From positions 32,001 to 96,000 of the forward strand of contig CAVSCK010000004.1 of assembly GCA_963726455.1 (NCBI GenBank): a stretch of DNA of 64,000 nt. The letters are read 5' to 3'. This DNA comes from an uncultured bacterium. GTDB taxonomy: Bacteria; Zixibacteria; MSB-5A5; CAIYYT01. The notes below the pieces were generated by a model that was given only the letters and a program-made list of their open reading frames with translations, searched no databases and was not told the DNA's origin. Both the position numbers and the translations under genes were made by a program. This document shows positions 8,978-17,994 of the stretch, one piece after another (positions within the stretch are counted from its first letter, which is position 1; each line of letters begins with the position of its first letter).

Positions 8978-9925
8978 TTACGGACTCCTCGGATAGCGAA
9001 TGAAAATGTAATACTTCGACGAATCGACGCGATTATGTTGGGAGGGCGTGTTGTATAGCTCATTAACCTTGACGTTGAGCGCCGAATCGGCAAACGACTC
9101 GCGCGCGGGAAAGACAAGATGTCCGCGCACGGGGTCAAGAATCTGCGGGTTACGGGTGTCGACCAGGCCGTCATTATTATTATCGAGCCCAAGTATGCTA
9201 ATGAATGAAGATGCCCCCTGATGGTCGATATCTGACGGGTCCCTTTCCTCGGAAATGGTCGCATAACCAAGGAAGATATCTATCCGCAAACCATCAATAT
9301 CTTCGATCCGTCCACCCAAGCTGTAAACATTGCGCCAGACATAATTCCATGTCACATATTGCCGCTGCGGGTTTAGGTGTGCAATGAGCTTAAGTACGTA
9401 CGGACCCCCGTCGGGCTTATTCCCGATTGTGCGGTGAGTCGATTCCCCCATCCGTCGAAATGAGATGTAGGCGCCGAGTGAGAGGTCGGGGGTCACGGGT
9501 CGATCCATGATTAAATAATGTTCCAAGAGGCTATAGTAGTATGACCCACCACCCGTGTAGACGGGTGAATATGGTAGAAACTTGCCGGTTACGGTCTCGT
9601 TAGCATACTCATCGCGTCTGAAAGGATCCACAAAGAGACTGCATGGCTTGGCATTTTCGCTACCGGGCCAATTAGCGTTGATATTCACCGAGAAGAAGAG
9701 CTCCAGATTCGTGATGCTGTCGAGCGGCATCAGGTCATCTTCAGAGACGGTGTCGCGGCGCACCAGATCGTAATAAGTATTGTCAAGGAACTGGTAATCG
9801 CGAATGACTCTTTCATTCCACTTCTGAACGTTAACCGCCGGCGTGGTTCCATGGTCGCTGCAGGAAATCGCGGATAATGCCACAGAGATGGTCAGTAACA
9901 ATAAGCGGACACTGCCTTTTTTCAT
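8978..9925 (-). CDS. Lipoprotein resembling an internal segment of the T9SS translocon SprA/Sov
   Basis: Lipobox AISC; LKLI...NP....W.Y.WRNVYSLG, I.ILGLD....G, D...G.LVFP...F and SKYYI motifs recalled from SprA-type proteins. Confidence 0.6.
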   Translation of the reverse strand: MKKGSVRLLLLTISVALSAISCSDHGTTPAVNVQKWNERVIRDYQFLDNTYYDLVRRDTVSEDDLMPLDSITNLELFFSVNINANWPGSENAKPCSLFVDPFRRDEYANETVTGKFLPYSPVYTGGGSYYYSLLEHYLIMDRPVTPDLSLGAYISFRRMGESTHRTIGNKPDGGPYVLKLIAHLNPQRQYVTWNYVWRNVYSLGGRIEDIDGLRIDIFLGYATISEERDPSDIDHQGASSFISILGLDNNNDGLVDTRNPQILDPVRGHLVFPARESFADSALNVKVNELYNTPSQHNRVDSSKYYIFIRYPRSP

Positions 9926-10131
9926 GATTGCCTCCGGTGAAAGATTACGTAACTTTCTACATTTCCAATCAGAATGATGTTCCCGGATTCGTTTCCGGGG
10001 GGCGAGCGCGCTTTGGCGGCAATTACCAGAGAATAAAAATCGGGCTTTCCGGCGACCGAAATGTGCTATATTTGTTCTGCATCATTCCCGCTGGATTCCG
10101 ATCTAATGGGATATGAGAAAGGAATTGTGTC

Positions 10132-10452
10132 ATGTTGTTCGTCAGCGATAGTGCCAGAGATTCGCTGAAGGATGTCTTCCAGTCGGAGAAGGCGAAGAAT
10201 CAGCAGTTGATTCTCTATCTGCAAGGCGTTGGCTGAAGCGGTCCCGCAATGGGAATGACTCTGGATGAGTCAACGGACGGAATGGAGAAACTCGAATCCA
10301 ACGGAGTTTCTGCCTACATTGACCCCGATCTTTATCGCAACCTGAGCCAGCGGGGCAATATCTACATCGATTACGGAACCGATCGCTTTGGGATGACGGG
10401 GTTTTCGATCTCGATTAAGAAGAACGCCTCGGACTCCTCGGCCTGCTGTTAG
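10132..10452 (+). CDS. HesB-like (IscA/HesB family) selenoprotein; Sec encoded by TGA 10234-10236
   Basis: ATG 10132 (AAAGGA RBS) reads MLFVSDSARDSLKDV...LYLQGVG-U-SGPAMGMTLDES...SSACC, in frame with the 10249 ORF. The G.G-U-.GP..G..LDE signature matches HesB-like selenoproteins. Confidence 0.88.
10256..10272 (+). promoter_or_regulatory. Putative bacterial SECIS hairpin
   Basis: TGACTC-TGGAT-GAGTCA stem-loop; the apical loop begins 25 nt after the UGA and has a G in its first two positions. Confidence 0.7.
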
Positions 10453-10474
10453 CGACGCGCTCGGCAGACGAATC

Positions 10475-10591
10475 GAGATTGCTTCGTCGTTCACCACACC
10501 ACCCGGCACACAGCTCACTCCTCGCAATGACTGGTGCATGCGATTCCGTCAGGAAAGGGTTCCTGACGGCGCAACAGGGGGCCTGACGGCG
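10475..10591. repeat. Intergenic REP/MITE-like palindromes
   Basis: GAGATTGCTTCGTCG...CTCCTCGCAATGAC at 10475-10531; CCGTCAGGAA-AGGG-TTCCTGACGG hairpin at 10546-10569; a second CCTGACGGCG follows. Confidence 0.55.
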
Positions 10592-10644
10592 AGAAAGCCC
10601 TCATGATCCCTCCTGTTTGAGTTCTTTGGTTAATATGTTCCCAC

Positions 10645-12507
10645 TTATTTCAACAGGACCATCTTTCTGCTTTCCACGAAGTCTATACCTGACACCTCCA
10701 ATCTGTAAAAGTAAACACCACTGGCGACCGGCAGCCCTGCGTCATTATCCCCCATCCAGTAAGCCGTGTGCCGCCCCGGATATTGCCTCTCGTCTATCAG
10801 TGTCTTGGTCTGCTGTCCCAGAGCGTTGTAGACGATCAGCTTTATCGGCGTCGGCTGCGCACCGAGATTTGGGAGTGCATACACTAATGCTGTGACTGCA
10901 TTAAAAGGGTTCGGATAGTTCTGTTCCAGTTCAGGTCGTCGTGGCATTTGAGCCGTTCCGATGTCTTGGACGTCCGTGACAAGAAACTCAACTGCGGTAG
11001 CCGGCGGTGAAACCAGAGCCGAACTGTCTACTGCCACGACCGTATAGTAGTAGTCCTGCGGTACAACCATTCCTGAGTCAGTGAACCAGAAGCGGGTCGT
11101 GTCCATCCCCGTCCAGTTGAAAATTGAATCTACTCGATGAGGCACGTAGCCGATCACGTGAGCGCTATCCAAAGGGATTGAAGCTCCTTCAGAACGAAAG
11201 ACCGCGTAGTACCTTACATCGGCCTCAGTGTTGGGGAACCAGCTAAGAGTCACTGATGTTCGTGTGGCCGTGCCGGCAAAGTCCCTCGGCGTGGAAGGTG
11301 GATAATCCTGGTAAATATAGAACGATCCCCCCGGACCTCCGAAGGCTCCCATATCCGAGCGACTGCCATCAACGTCAAGAATCCAGGGCGCTCCGGCATC
11401 AATGCAGGGCGAACCTGCCTGTAATTGCAGGTCGCCATTCTCAGGATCGACGTACATCGGATCCCGATACACGTTCAGCCAAAGCGAGTCGATTTGAATT
11501 GTGTCCCAGTCGACCGCGATGAAATCCTCGTTGTGGAAGGGCTTGAGAGAAGAAAAGCAGTTGTACTCGATCCGGAGGTGGCTACTGTCTGGTCCCGGTT
11601 CCCCAACCCTGATTCGCGGGCGGTAGCCGCCGAAGATGTTGTTGTATATCTCACAACTCTCCAAATACGGCATCCACATCCAGACAGCTTCGTATGGGAA
11701 ACCGTGCGCTTGCCCGGAGAAATAGAAGCTATTATTCAGGACTTTTAGCCTGGCCGCCCCTACGGTGAAGCCACCGGTGGCCCACTCGTTCTTGTAGAAG
11801 AGATTGTTCGAAACCTCCACGTTGGCATAGAATGACGTGCCATCAAACCCAGGCGACGTACCCACAAAGATGTTCTTCCGGACGATAAATGCACCCGTGC
11901 AGCCGATGAAGCTGCAACCGTAAGCCCAACCATTTGGATCATACACGGTGTTATTTTCAAACAGCAGATTTCTGCTCTCGGAAATACTGAGTCCACTAAA
12001 CACAAATGCCTCGAACCAACACGAGTTAATCTGTGCAGTTTGAGGCCTAAGGATCTCTATCCCGTCATCCTCAAAATTGGAGAACTTGCAGCCGGTGATA
12101 AAGTAACTGTCGGTGTAATGGCTGGTTGCGAATACGCCGTGCATACTCTCATTTGCGATGCAGTGGACGCCTTCCAATGAGCATGAGTCGGCCAACCTAA
12201 ATAGAGCATACACATTGATCGAGCCAATAACCGTCGTCGAATCCATCCCCTGACCACGAATCAGGACGTGTGGCTTTAAGTCTATTTGCTTGGAGAGGTG
12301 GTATTGCCCGGAGGCAATCAAGACCGTATCACCCGGGGAAGCCAGGTCGTTTGCCATTTCGATGAACCAGGCTGCCGTTTCCCAGGAAGTGTAGGGAGCA
12401 ATGGAGGTACCCGATGTAGAAACGTAGCAGATTGTGGCGTAACTGGGAACAGACCATCCCAAGACTAAAAGCAGGAGGCAGCCAAACCGCAATCGCCGAA
12501 AAGACAT
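10645..12507 (-). CDS. Secreted right-handed beta-helix protein with FN3-like and T9SS/FlgD C-terminal domains
   Basis: Signal peptide, PGDTVLIASGQY, PbH repeats, SPCIDAG...RSDMGAFGG, QNYPNPFN...ASGVYFYRL...RKMVLLK. Confidence 0.85.
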   Translation of the reverse strand: MSFRRLRFGCLLLLVLGWSVPSYATICYVSTSGTSIAPYTSWETAAWFIEMANDLASPGDTVLIASGQYHLSKQIDLKPHVLIRGQGMDSTTVIGSINVYALFRLADSCSLEGVHCIANESMHGVFATSHYTDSYFITGCKFSNFEDDGIEILRPQTAQINSCWFEAFVFSGLSISESRNLLFENNTVYDPNGWAYGCSFIGCTGAFIVRKNIFVGTSPGFDGTSFYANVEVSNNLFYKNEWATGGFTVGAARLKVLNNSFYFSGQAHGFPYEAVWMWMPYLESCEIYNNIFGGYRPRIRVGEPGPDSSHLRIEYNCFSSLKPFHNEDFIAVDWDTIQIDSLWLNVYRDPMYVDPENGDLQLQAGSPCIDAGAPWILDVDGSRSDMGAFGGPGGSFYIYQDYPPSTPRDFAGTATRTSVTLSWFPNTEADVRYYAVFRSEGASIPLDSAHVIGYVPHRVDSIFNWTGMDTTRFWFTDSGMVVPQDYYYTVVAVDSSALVSPPATAVEFLVTDVQDIGTAQMPRRPELEQNYPNPFNAVTALVYALPNLGAQPTPIKLIVYNALGQQTKTLIDERQYPGRHTAYWMGDNDAGLPVASGVYFYRLEVSGIDFVESRKMVLLK

Positions 12508-12610
12508 ATCGGCCCTCTCATATTTGAGTCTGCTACAATATAGACACGATAATTAATATTGTCAAGAAGACGTTGAGCAGATCAAGACCCACTACGGCGC
12601 GGGAACCGAA

Positions 12611-13267
12611 TCAACTTTCGGGTTTGTCTTCAAGATTGCGGATGAGAATCGTGCCTTCGATAATCGGGGGAATGCCGCGAGCGATGCAGACAGTCGCGGC
12701 AATGACGGCGGTGACGTAGCCGATCCTGAAACCGACATGGAGGAAATCAGCCGTGACAAAGTGCAGCTCATGTTGCAGTTGTTGCAGGCCGGAGACGAGC
12801 AATAGCCAGCCAAACGTAAAGGCCTTTAGCACGGCATAACCGGTGCGCATGATGGGGGAGCCGGTGAGAAACCTGCCAAGCGCGCTATGCATCATGGTGG
12901 TCTTGCCGAACGCCGTATATCCGAATTTGAGCAAGTAGCCGCGAATCGAATCGGTGAGGACGGAGCGCGAAATGACGGCAATGGGAATCCAGAGCGGGAC
13001 GAGTTTCAAGTCGGCCAGCACGATCCAGAGCACGGATTCGACAATACGGTCGCCGGCAATGTCGAGTACGCTGCCCAATGCCGAGGACTCGTGCAATTTG
13101 CGCGCAAGAAAACCATCGAGCCAGTCGCCAATAATGACCACAACAGCTAGAAAGGCCGCAGTGACGCGCGCCCAGAGACTTTGCCCATAGACCAGAACGA
13201 CTAGATAGAACAACAGCCCGATACGGGCGATGGTAACGCGGTTGGCCCAGGAACTGATCTTCGGCAA
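12611..13267 (-). CDS. CDP-alcohol phosphatidyltransferase family protein
   Basis: AN.VT.AR and DWLDG.LAR......G..LD...D signature. Confidence 0.92.
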   Translation of the reverse strand: MPKISSWANRVTIARIGLLFYLVVLVYGQSLWARVTAAFLAVVVIIGDWLDGFLARKLHESSALGSVLDIAGDRIVESVLWIVLADLKLVPLWIPIAVISRSVLTDSIRGYLLKFGYTAFGKTTMMHSALGRFLTGSPIMRTGYAVLKAFTFGWLLLVSGLQQLQHELHFVTADFLHVGFRIGYVTAVIAATVCIARGIPPIIEGTILIRNLEDKPES

Positions 13268-13502
13268 TTGATACCTCTTCGATTGGTCGTGAAAATTACG
13301 TGATTTACGCCGTCAAGGCAAACAGAAAACACCCTATTTAAGCCGATTTGGGGCGGCTACTTTTACGTTGCCCGATTGTCCATCCGGGACTTACCTTGGT
13401 GTGTGCAGCCGATAATCCCAATATGGTTTGCGAGTTGAAGAACATGCAAGACCGCCCGGTTTTCGGACCAGATTGTCCCGTCGAGATCGCAGGAGCAAGT
13501 CG

Positions 13503-14906
13503 ATGAGAATTAGGCGCCTCGAACCTGAGACCATATTGGTGCTGAGTTTTGCCGCTTTTATTCTTGGGGGCGCGCTGTTGCTGATGTTACCGGGGGCTAC
13601 CACAGACAATTCGATAAGTTTCGTCGACGCGCTGTTCACCACGACTTCCGCGACCTGCGTTACCGGATTGGTTGTCCACGATGTCGGAAAATTCTACACT
13701 ATGTTTGGCCAGGTTGTGATTCTAGTGTCCATCCAACTCGGTGGCATAGGCATCATGACATTTTCGACGTTTCTGCTGTACATATTCGGACGACGGCTGA
13801 CAGTACGCGATTCAGATCTCCTGACGAAGACGTTGGGGCGCACCGGGAGCCAGACGCCGATCGGGCTCCTCTGGACAGTTATTGTAGTCAGCTTGCTGGT
13901 CGAGGCCATCGGCGCGATGCTGCTATATAGCCGTTTTGCGGGCGATATGCCGGAATCGCAGGCGGCTTGGGCGTCGATATTTCATTCCGTGTCGGCATTC
14001 TGTAACGCCGGATTCTCAATTTTCACGGCCAACTTGATGGGCTATAGTGCCGATCTGACGGTCAACATCACAATCATGTTGCTGGTTATTTTCGGTGGCA
14101 TCGGCTTTATCGTGTTCCTGGAGCTATATCAATTCGGTCGCTCCAAGGTCAGGTCCATTCTGGACACGTTCCGTGGCCGCAGGCAGGCAAGCTACTTGTC
14201 CGAAGCGCCGTTTCGGTTTTCGATTCACTCCAAGATCGTCATCACAGTAACGATAATCCTGATCGTCGGCGGAGCCCTGGTGATCGGCGTACTTGAGTAC
14301 AACAATGTCGGCAAAGGGATGTCGGTCAAGGAGCGCGTGCTGACGTCGCTATTCCAAGCGGTGACGCCTCGCACGGCGGGATTCAATACGATCGACACGG
14401 GAGCGTTAACCGATGCCACGCTCGTGATCATTACGTTCTTAATGTTCATCGGCGCATCGCCCGGTTCAACGGGTGGCGGTATCAAGACCTCGACCTTCGC
14501 CGTGCTGATGGGCATGATCAGATCGACGATGTCCAAGAAACAGCGCGTTACGTTTTTCAGGCGTAGCGTCAGCACGCTGGTGCAGTCGGAGGCGGTGACA
14601 CTCACCTTTCTGGCAGCAGGAGTCGTGATAGTCGGCAGTATGCTGTTACAGATCGCAGAAACGGCGGCGTCATCATCCACTGGTCACGGCAAGTTTCTGG
14701 AACTGATGTTCGAGACGGTCTCGGCCTTCGGCACGGTCGGGTTGTCGGCGAATGTCACGCCGACACTGTCAACATTCAGCAAATACGTGTTGATAGCCGA
14801 GATGTTTATAGGACGACTCGGACCACTGACACTGGCGGTCGTCCTGAGCCGGCGCAAGCGGGGTACGGAAATTGTATTTCCGGACGGTCGGATAATTATC
14901 GGATAG
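13503..14906 (+). CDS. ktrB: Trk/Ktr potassium uptake membrane subunit
   Basis: SATCVTGL, SAFCNAGF, RTAGF, GSTGGGIK and SAFGTVGLS motifs; start placed at ATG 13503 after AGGAG. Confidence 0.93.
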   Translation: MRIRRLEPETILVLSFAAFILGGALLLMLPGATTDNSISFVDALFTTTSATCVTGLVVHDVGKFYTMFGQVVILVSIQLGGIGIMTFSTFLLYIFGRRLTVRDSDLLTKTLGRTGSQTPIGLLWTVIVVSLLVEAIGAMLLYSRFAGDMPESQAAWASIFHSVSAFCNAGFSIFTANLMGYSADLTVNITIMLLVIFGGIGFIVFLELYQFGRSKVRSILDTFRGRRQASYLSEAPFRFSIHSKIVITVTIILIVGGALVIGVLEYNNVGKGMSVKERVLTSLFQAVTPRTAGFNTIDTGALTDATLVIITFLMFIGASPGSTGGGIKTSTFAVLMGMIRSTMSKKQRVTFFRRSVSTLVQSEAVTLTFLAAGVVIVGSMLLQIAETAASSSTGHGKFLELMFETVSAFGTVGLSANVTPTLSTFSKYVLIAEMFIGRLGPLTLAVVLSRRKRGTEIVFPDGRIIIG

Positions 14907-14976
14907 TTGTTGACCATGACTGGCCCGACGAGGCAGGACAACCTGATTGGGATATTGTTAGACTGGAGTTGATAGA

Positions 14977-15642
14977 ATGGGATTGAGAACATTCGGGATA
15001 ATCGGCCTGAGCAGTTTCGGCCACTATCTGGCGCTGGAACTTGCCAAGGCAGGACACGATGTGGTGGTGGTCGACAATGACGAGGAGAAGGTTGAGGCCG
15101 TCAAGGATTACGTGGCCAAGGCCGTAATCGCAGACGCGTCCGACCGCAAGACGCTGCAAGGCCTGGGGCTCAAGCGGTGCGATGCGGTGGTCGTGAGTCT
15201 GGGTACGTCGATCGCGGTGAGCATTCTGGTGACGTTGTACCTAAAAGAAATCGGCATCAAGCACATCATGGTGAAAGCAATCAACCCCGATCAAGGCAAG
15301 ATCGTCGAGTTGATTGGCGCCAACGAAGTTGTGTACCCGGAGCGTGATATGGCACTGCGAGTCGCCAACAAACTGCGGTTTCCGAATGTTATTGAGCAGA
15401 TGACGATCGGTGACCGAATGCAATTCGTCGAGATTGTCGTGCCTGACCGTTTCGTTGGCAAGACATTGAAACAGCTCGATCTCCGGAAACAGTATCAGGT
15501 ACAGGTGGTACTGTTGCGAGCTGCAGGAACTGAGAAGACGACGCTGCTTCCGACCGGAGACCGGGCGCTGCAGAAAGGAGAAATCCTGATCATTCTGGGT
15601 GAAACCAATGCTATCGAGCGGTTTCAGCAAGAGTGGCAGTAG
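14977..15642 (+). CDS. ktrA: TrkA/KtrA potassium uptake regulatory subunit
   Basis: IIGL..FG RCK_N domain, GA.EVV.PE, RCK_C domain; follows ktrB. Confidence 0.93.
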   Translation: MGLRTFGIIGLSSFGHYLALELAKAGHDVVVVDNDEEKVEAVKDYVAKAVIADASDRKTLQGLGLKRCDAVVVSLGTSIAVSILVTLYLKEIGIKHIMVKAINPDQGKIVELIGANEVVYPERDMALRVANKLRFPNVIEQMTIGDRMQFVEIVVPDRFVGKTLKQLDLRKQYQVQVVLLRAAGTEKTTLLPTGDRALQKGEILIILGETNAIERFQQEWQ

Positions 15643-15858
15643 ACTAAACGAGCGCTTGATTAATGAGCACTATTTCATTATTATACATGGGGTTATCATA
15701 ACGGTGGCCGGCTTTTCGGTTGGAGAACTGAGAAGACTCTTCGAGCATAAGAGTCCACTGCTATTGATGGCCGGATTTGTCCCGAGGAAAAGCTTTTCAC
15801 ACCGTAATGGTCTGATCAGCACCAAATCAGAAAGTTGCTTTCATTGAAAGGTACCAAT

Positions 15859-17931
15859 ATGTCGGGAAGTTCGCTAACGCGTCAGCTACTTTTCGTAGTT
15901 ATCGCCGTCGCTTTTATGGCCTCCATTTCCTACGGGGCGGGCAAAGTTGCCTACCGGGTTGAGAAGGGAAGCACCACAGCAACGGCATCAATTACTTCCC
16001 CCGAAGAAATCAATCGGGTTCCACATCCGATTTCGACAAACAAGCCGATGCGGAAGAACCACAAGCCACCAATGGTTCCGCCGGCGGACAAGGTTGCGCA
16101 GATTGTTTGGGAAACGTACGATCCTGCCAATCCGCGGCACCTGCTCGACAAAGCAGATACTGAGTTGGGCAAGGCGCTGTCGACGATGGAGCCATGCCAG
16201 AGCTTCACGGGCGTGACGAATACCGGCTGGAATCCACCCGATCCGCATGTCGCAGTAGGGCCGAGTCATGTAGTCGTCGTGGTAAACAGTTCGATCGGTA
16301 TTTTCGATCGTACCACAGGGCAACAACTACTGCAGAGTACGAGCGCATTCTGGTTTCAGAATACTGTTCCGGCGCCTGCCAGCGGGTTCATTTATGACCC
16401 AAAGGTTTTCTATGATCCGGTTGCCGGGAGATTCGTGATTCTTTATTTGTGTACTGACGATGTCTCGAAGGCGCAGTATCTCATATCAGCATCACAAAGT
16501 TCAAACGCTATGGGGAACTGGTACAGCTACGCATTGGATGCGGGACGCGACGGCGATCAGCCGACCAACAACTGGGCGGACTATCCCGGTCTGGGATTTG
16601 ACTACAATGGCGCCGTTTACGTCACTTCGAACCAGTGGCTATTCAACGGCGGGTATCAGTATGCCAAAGTTCGTGTCATTCCCAAGAGCCAGTTATACGG
16701 CGGCGGACCCGTGTCGTATACTGATCTCTGGAATCTGACATACGAAGACGGCTCAGTTGCCTTCACCGTCAAGCCGGCATCGACGTACTCCGACGCCAAC
16801 GGCGAATTTCTCATCAGCAACATCTGGTATGGCAGCAATTACACAACGTATTGGAAAATTACCTATCCTGCGGGCAATCCTGGAGCGCCAGTCTTGACGC
16901 GCAGGCCGCAAGTAAATCTGACGACTTACTATCCGGCTTCGCCAACGATGCAGCAGCAGGGTGGAAGTCCGGTTGGGTCATTGGGCGCTATGACACAGGA
17001 TGTCGCCTACCGTAACGGAATGGTATACACTTCGTTTGACGAGGGATTCAACTGGGGATCGGGCCAGGTCGCGGCGATTCGCGTTCTGGGTATCGATACG
17101 GTTACGTCAGTTGCAGACGTCGACAAGGTTTTTGGTTCCGATCAGAAATTCTACTTCTTCCCGAACATCTATATCGATCCGACTAACAAGATCTATCTGG
17201 TCTACAACCGGTCGGCGAGCAACGAGTGGATCGCCGTTCGCTACGTCGAGGATCTCCTGAATGATAATACCAGCCGTGTGTTGAAGGCGGGTGAGGGACC
17301 GCACAGCGGCGGCTCGCCGGTACGTTGGGGAGACTACGCCGGAATCGTCCCTGATCCGCTCGATCAAAACCGCGCCTGGATTTGCAGCGAGTACAGTCCG
17401 GCATCGCTGAACAGTTGGAGCACCTGGGTGGGAGAAATACCATCCAAGATTTCCAAGCCGGTGCTGGCAATGCCTGCTGATGGCGCGCGAGTTACCGTGC
17501 CAGTTTCGTTGACCTGGGATCAAGCCGCATCTGCGACAACCTACTTCCTGCAGGTTGACGACGATTCGACCTTCGCTACTCCGAAGATCGAAGTGGTAGT
17601 CAATACGAACAATTATTCTGCCAGTGCGCTGGATGACCGCACTCACTACTATTGGCGCGTCAAGGGTAACACAGTCTGTCCGTCGAATGAGTGGTCATTG
17701 CGGCGGTCATTTGGAACCTGCAGCTATGTATCGGGGGATGCCAACGGCAGTGGAACTGTCGATATCAGCGACGTCGTCTTCCTGATTAGTTACATCTTCG
17801 GTAACGGTGCGGCGCCGTCGCCGTTGTCGTCAGGAGACGCAACCTGCGATACCGCGATAGATATATCCGACGCCGTGTACCTTATCGCCTATATCTTCTC
17901 AGGAGGCCCCGCTCCGTGCAATCCATGCTAA
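15859..17931 (+). CDS. Secreted protein with PPDP/RWGDY beta-rich domain, FN3-like domain and dockerin
   Basis: Signal peptide; PPDPHVAVGP, YDP...RF, DYP.LG, RWGDY; C-terminal GDANGSGTVDISDVVFLISYIF...GDATCD..IDISDAVYLIAYIFSGGPAPC. Confidence 0.85.
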   Translation: MSGSSLTRQLLFVVIAVAFMASISYGAGKVAYRVEKGSTTATASITSPEEINRVPHPISTNKPMRKNHKPPMVPPADKVAQIVWETYDPANPRHLLDKADTELGKALSTMEPCQSFTGVTNTGWNPPDPHVAVGPSHVVVVVNSSIGIFDRTTGQQLLQSTSAFWFQNTVPAPASGFIYDPKVFYDPVAGRFVILYLCTDDVSKAQYLISASQSSNAMGNWYSYALDAGRDGDQPTNNWADYPGLGFDYNGAVYVTSNQWLFNGGYQYAKVRVIPKSQLYGGGPVSYTDLWNLTYEDGSVAFTVKPASTYSDANGEFLISNIWYGSNYTTYWKITYPAGNPGAPVLTRRPQVNLTTYYPASPTMQQQGGSPVGSLGAMTQDVAYRNGMVYTSFDEGFNWGSGQVAAIRVLGIDTVTSVADVDKVFGSDQKFYFFPNIYIDPTNKIYLVYNRSASNEWIAVRYVEDLLNDNTSRVLKAGEGPHSGGSPVRWGDYAGIVPDPLDQNRAWICSEYSPASLNSWSTWVGEIPSKISKPVLAMPADGARVTVPVSLTWDQAASATTYFLQVDDDSTFATPKIEVVVNTNNYSASALDDRTHYYWRVKGNTVCPSNEWSLRRSFGTCSYVSGDANGSGTVDISDVVFLISYIFGNGAAPSPLSSGDATCDTAIDISDAVYLIAYIFSGGPAPCNPC

Positions 17932-17994
17932 TGAATAACAATCACCGTGAAACCATCGACCGCCGAATTCGCACCGGTTATAAGGAATTCATCA

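Noticed and set aside
13268-13502. c-di-AMP (ydaO) riboswitch expected upstream of ktrBA
   Set aside because: The GCTGAA, GGGGTGAAT and GTCAGCTAAC consensus blocks are absent
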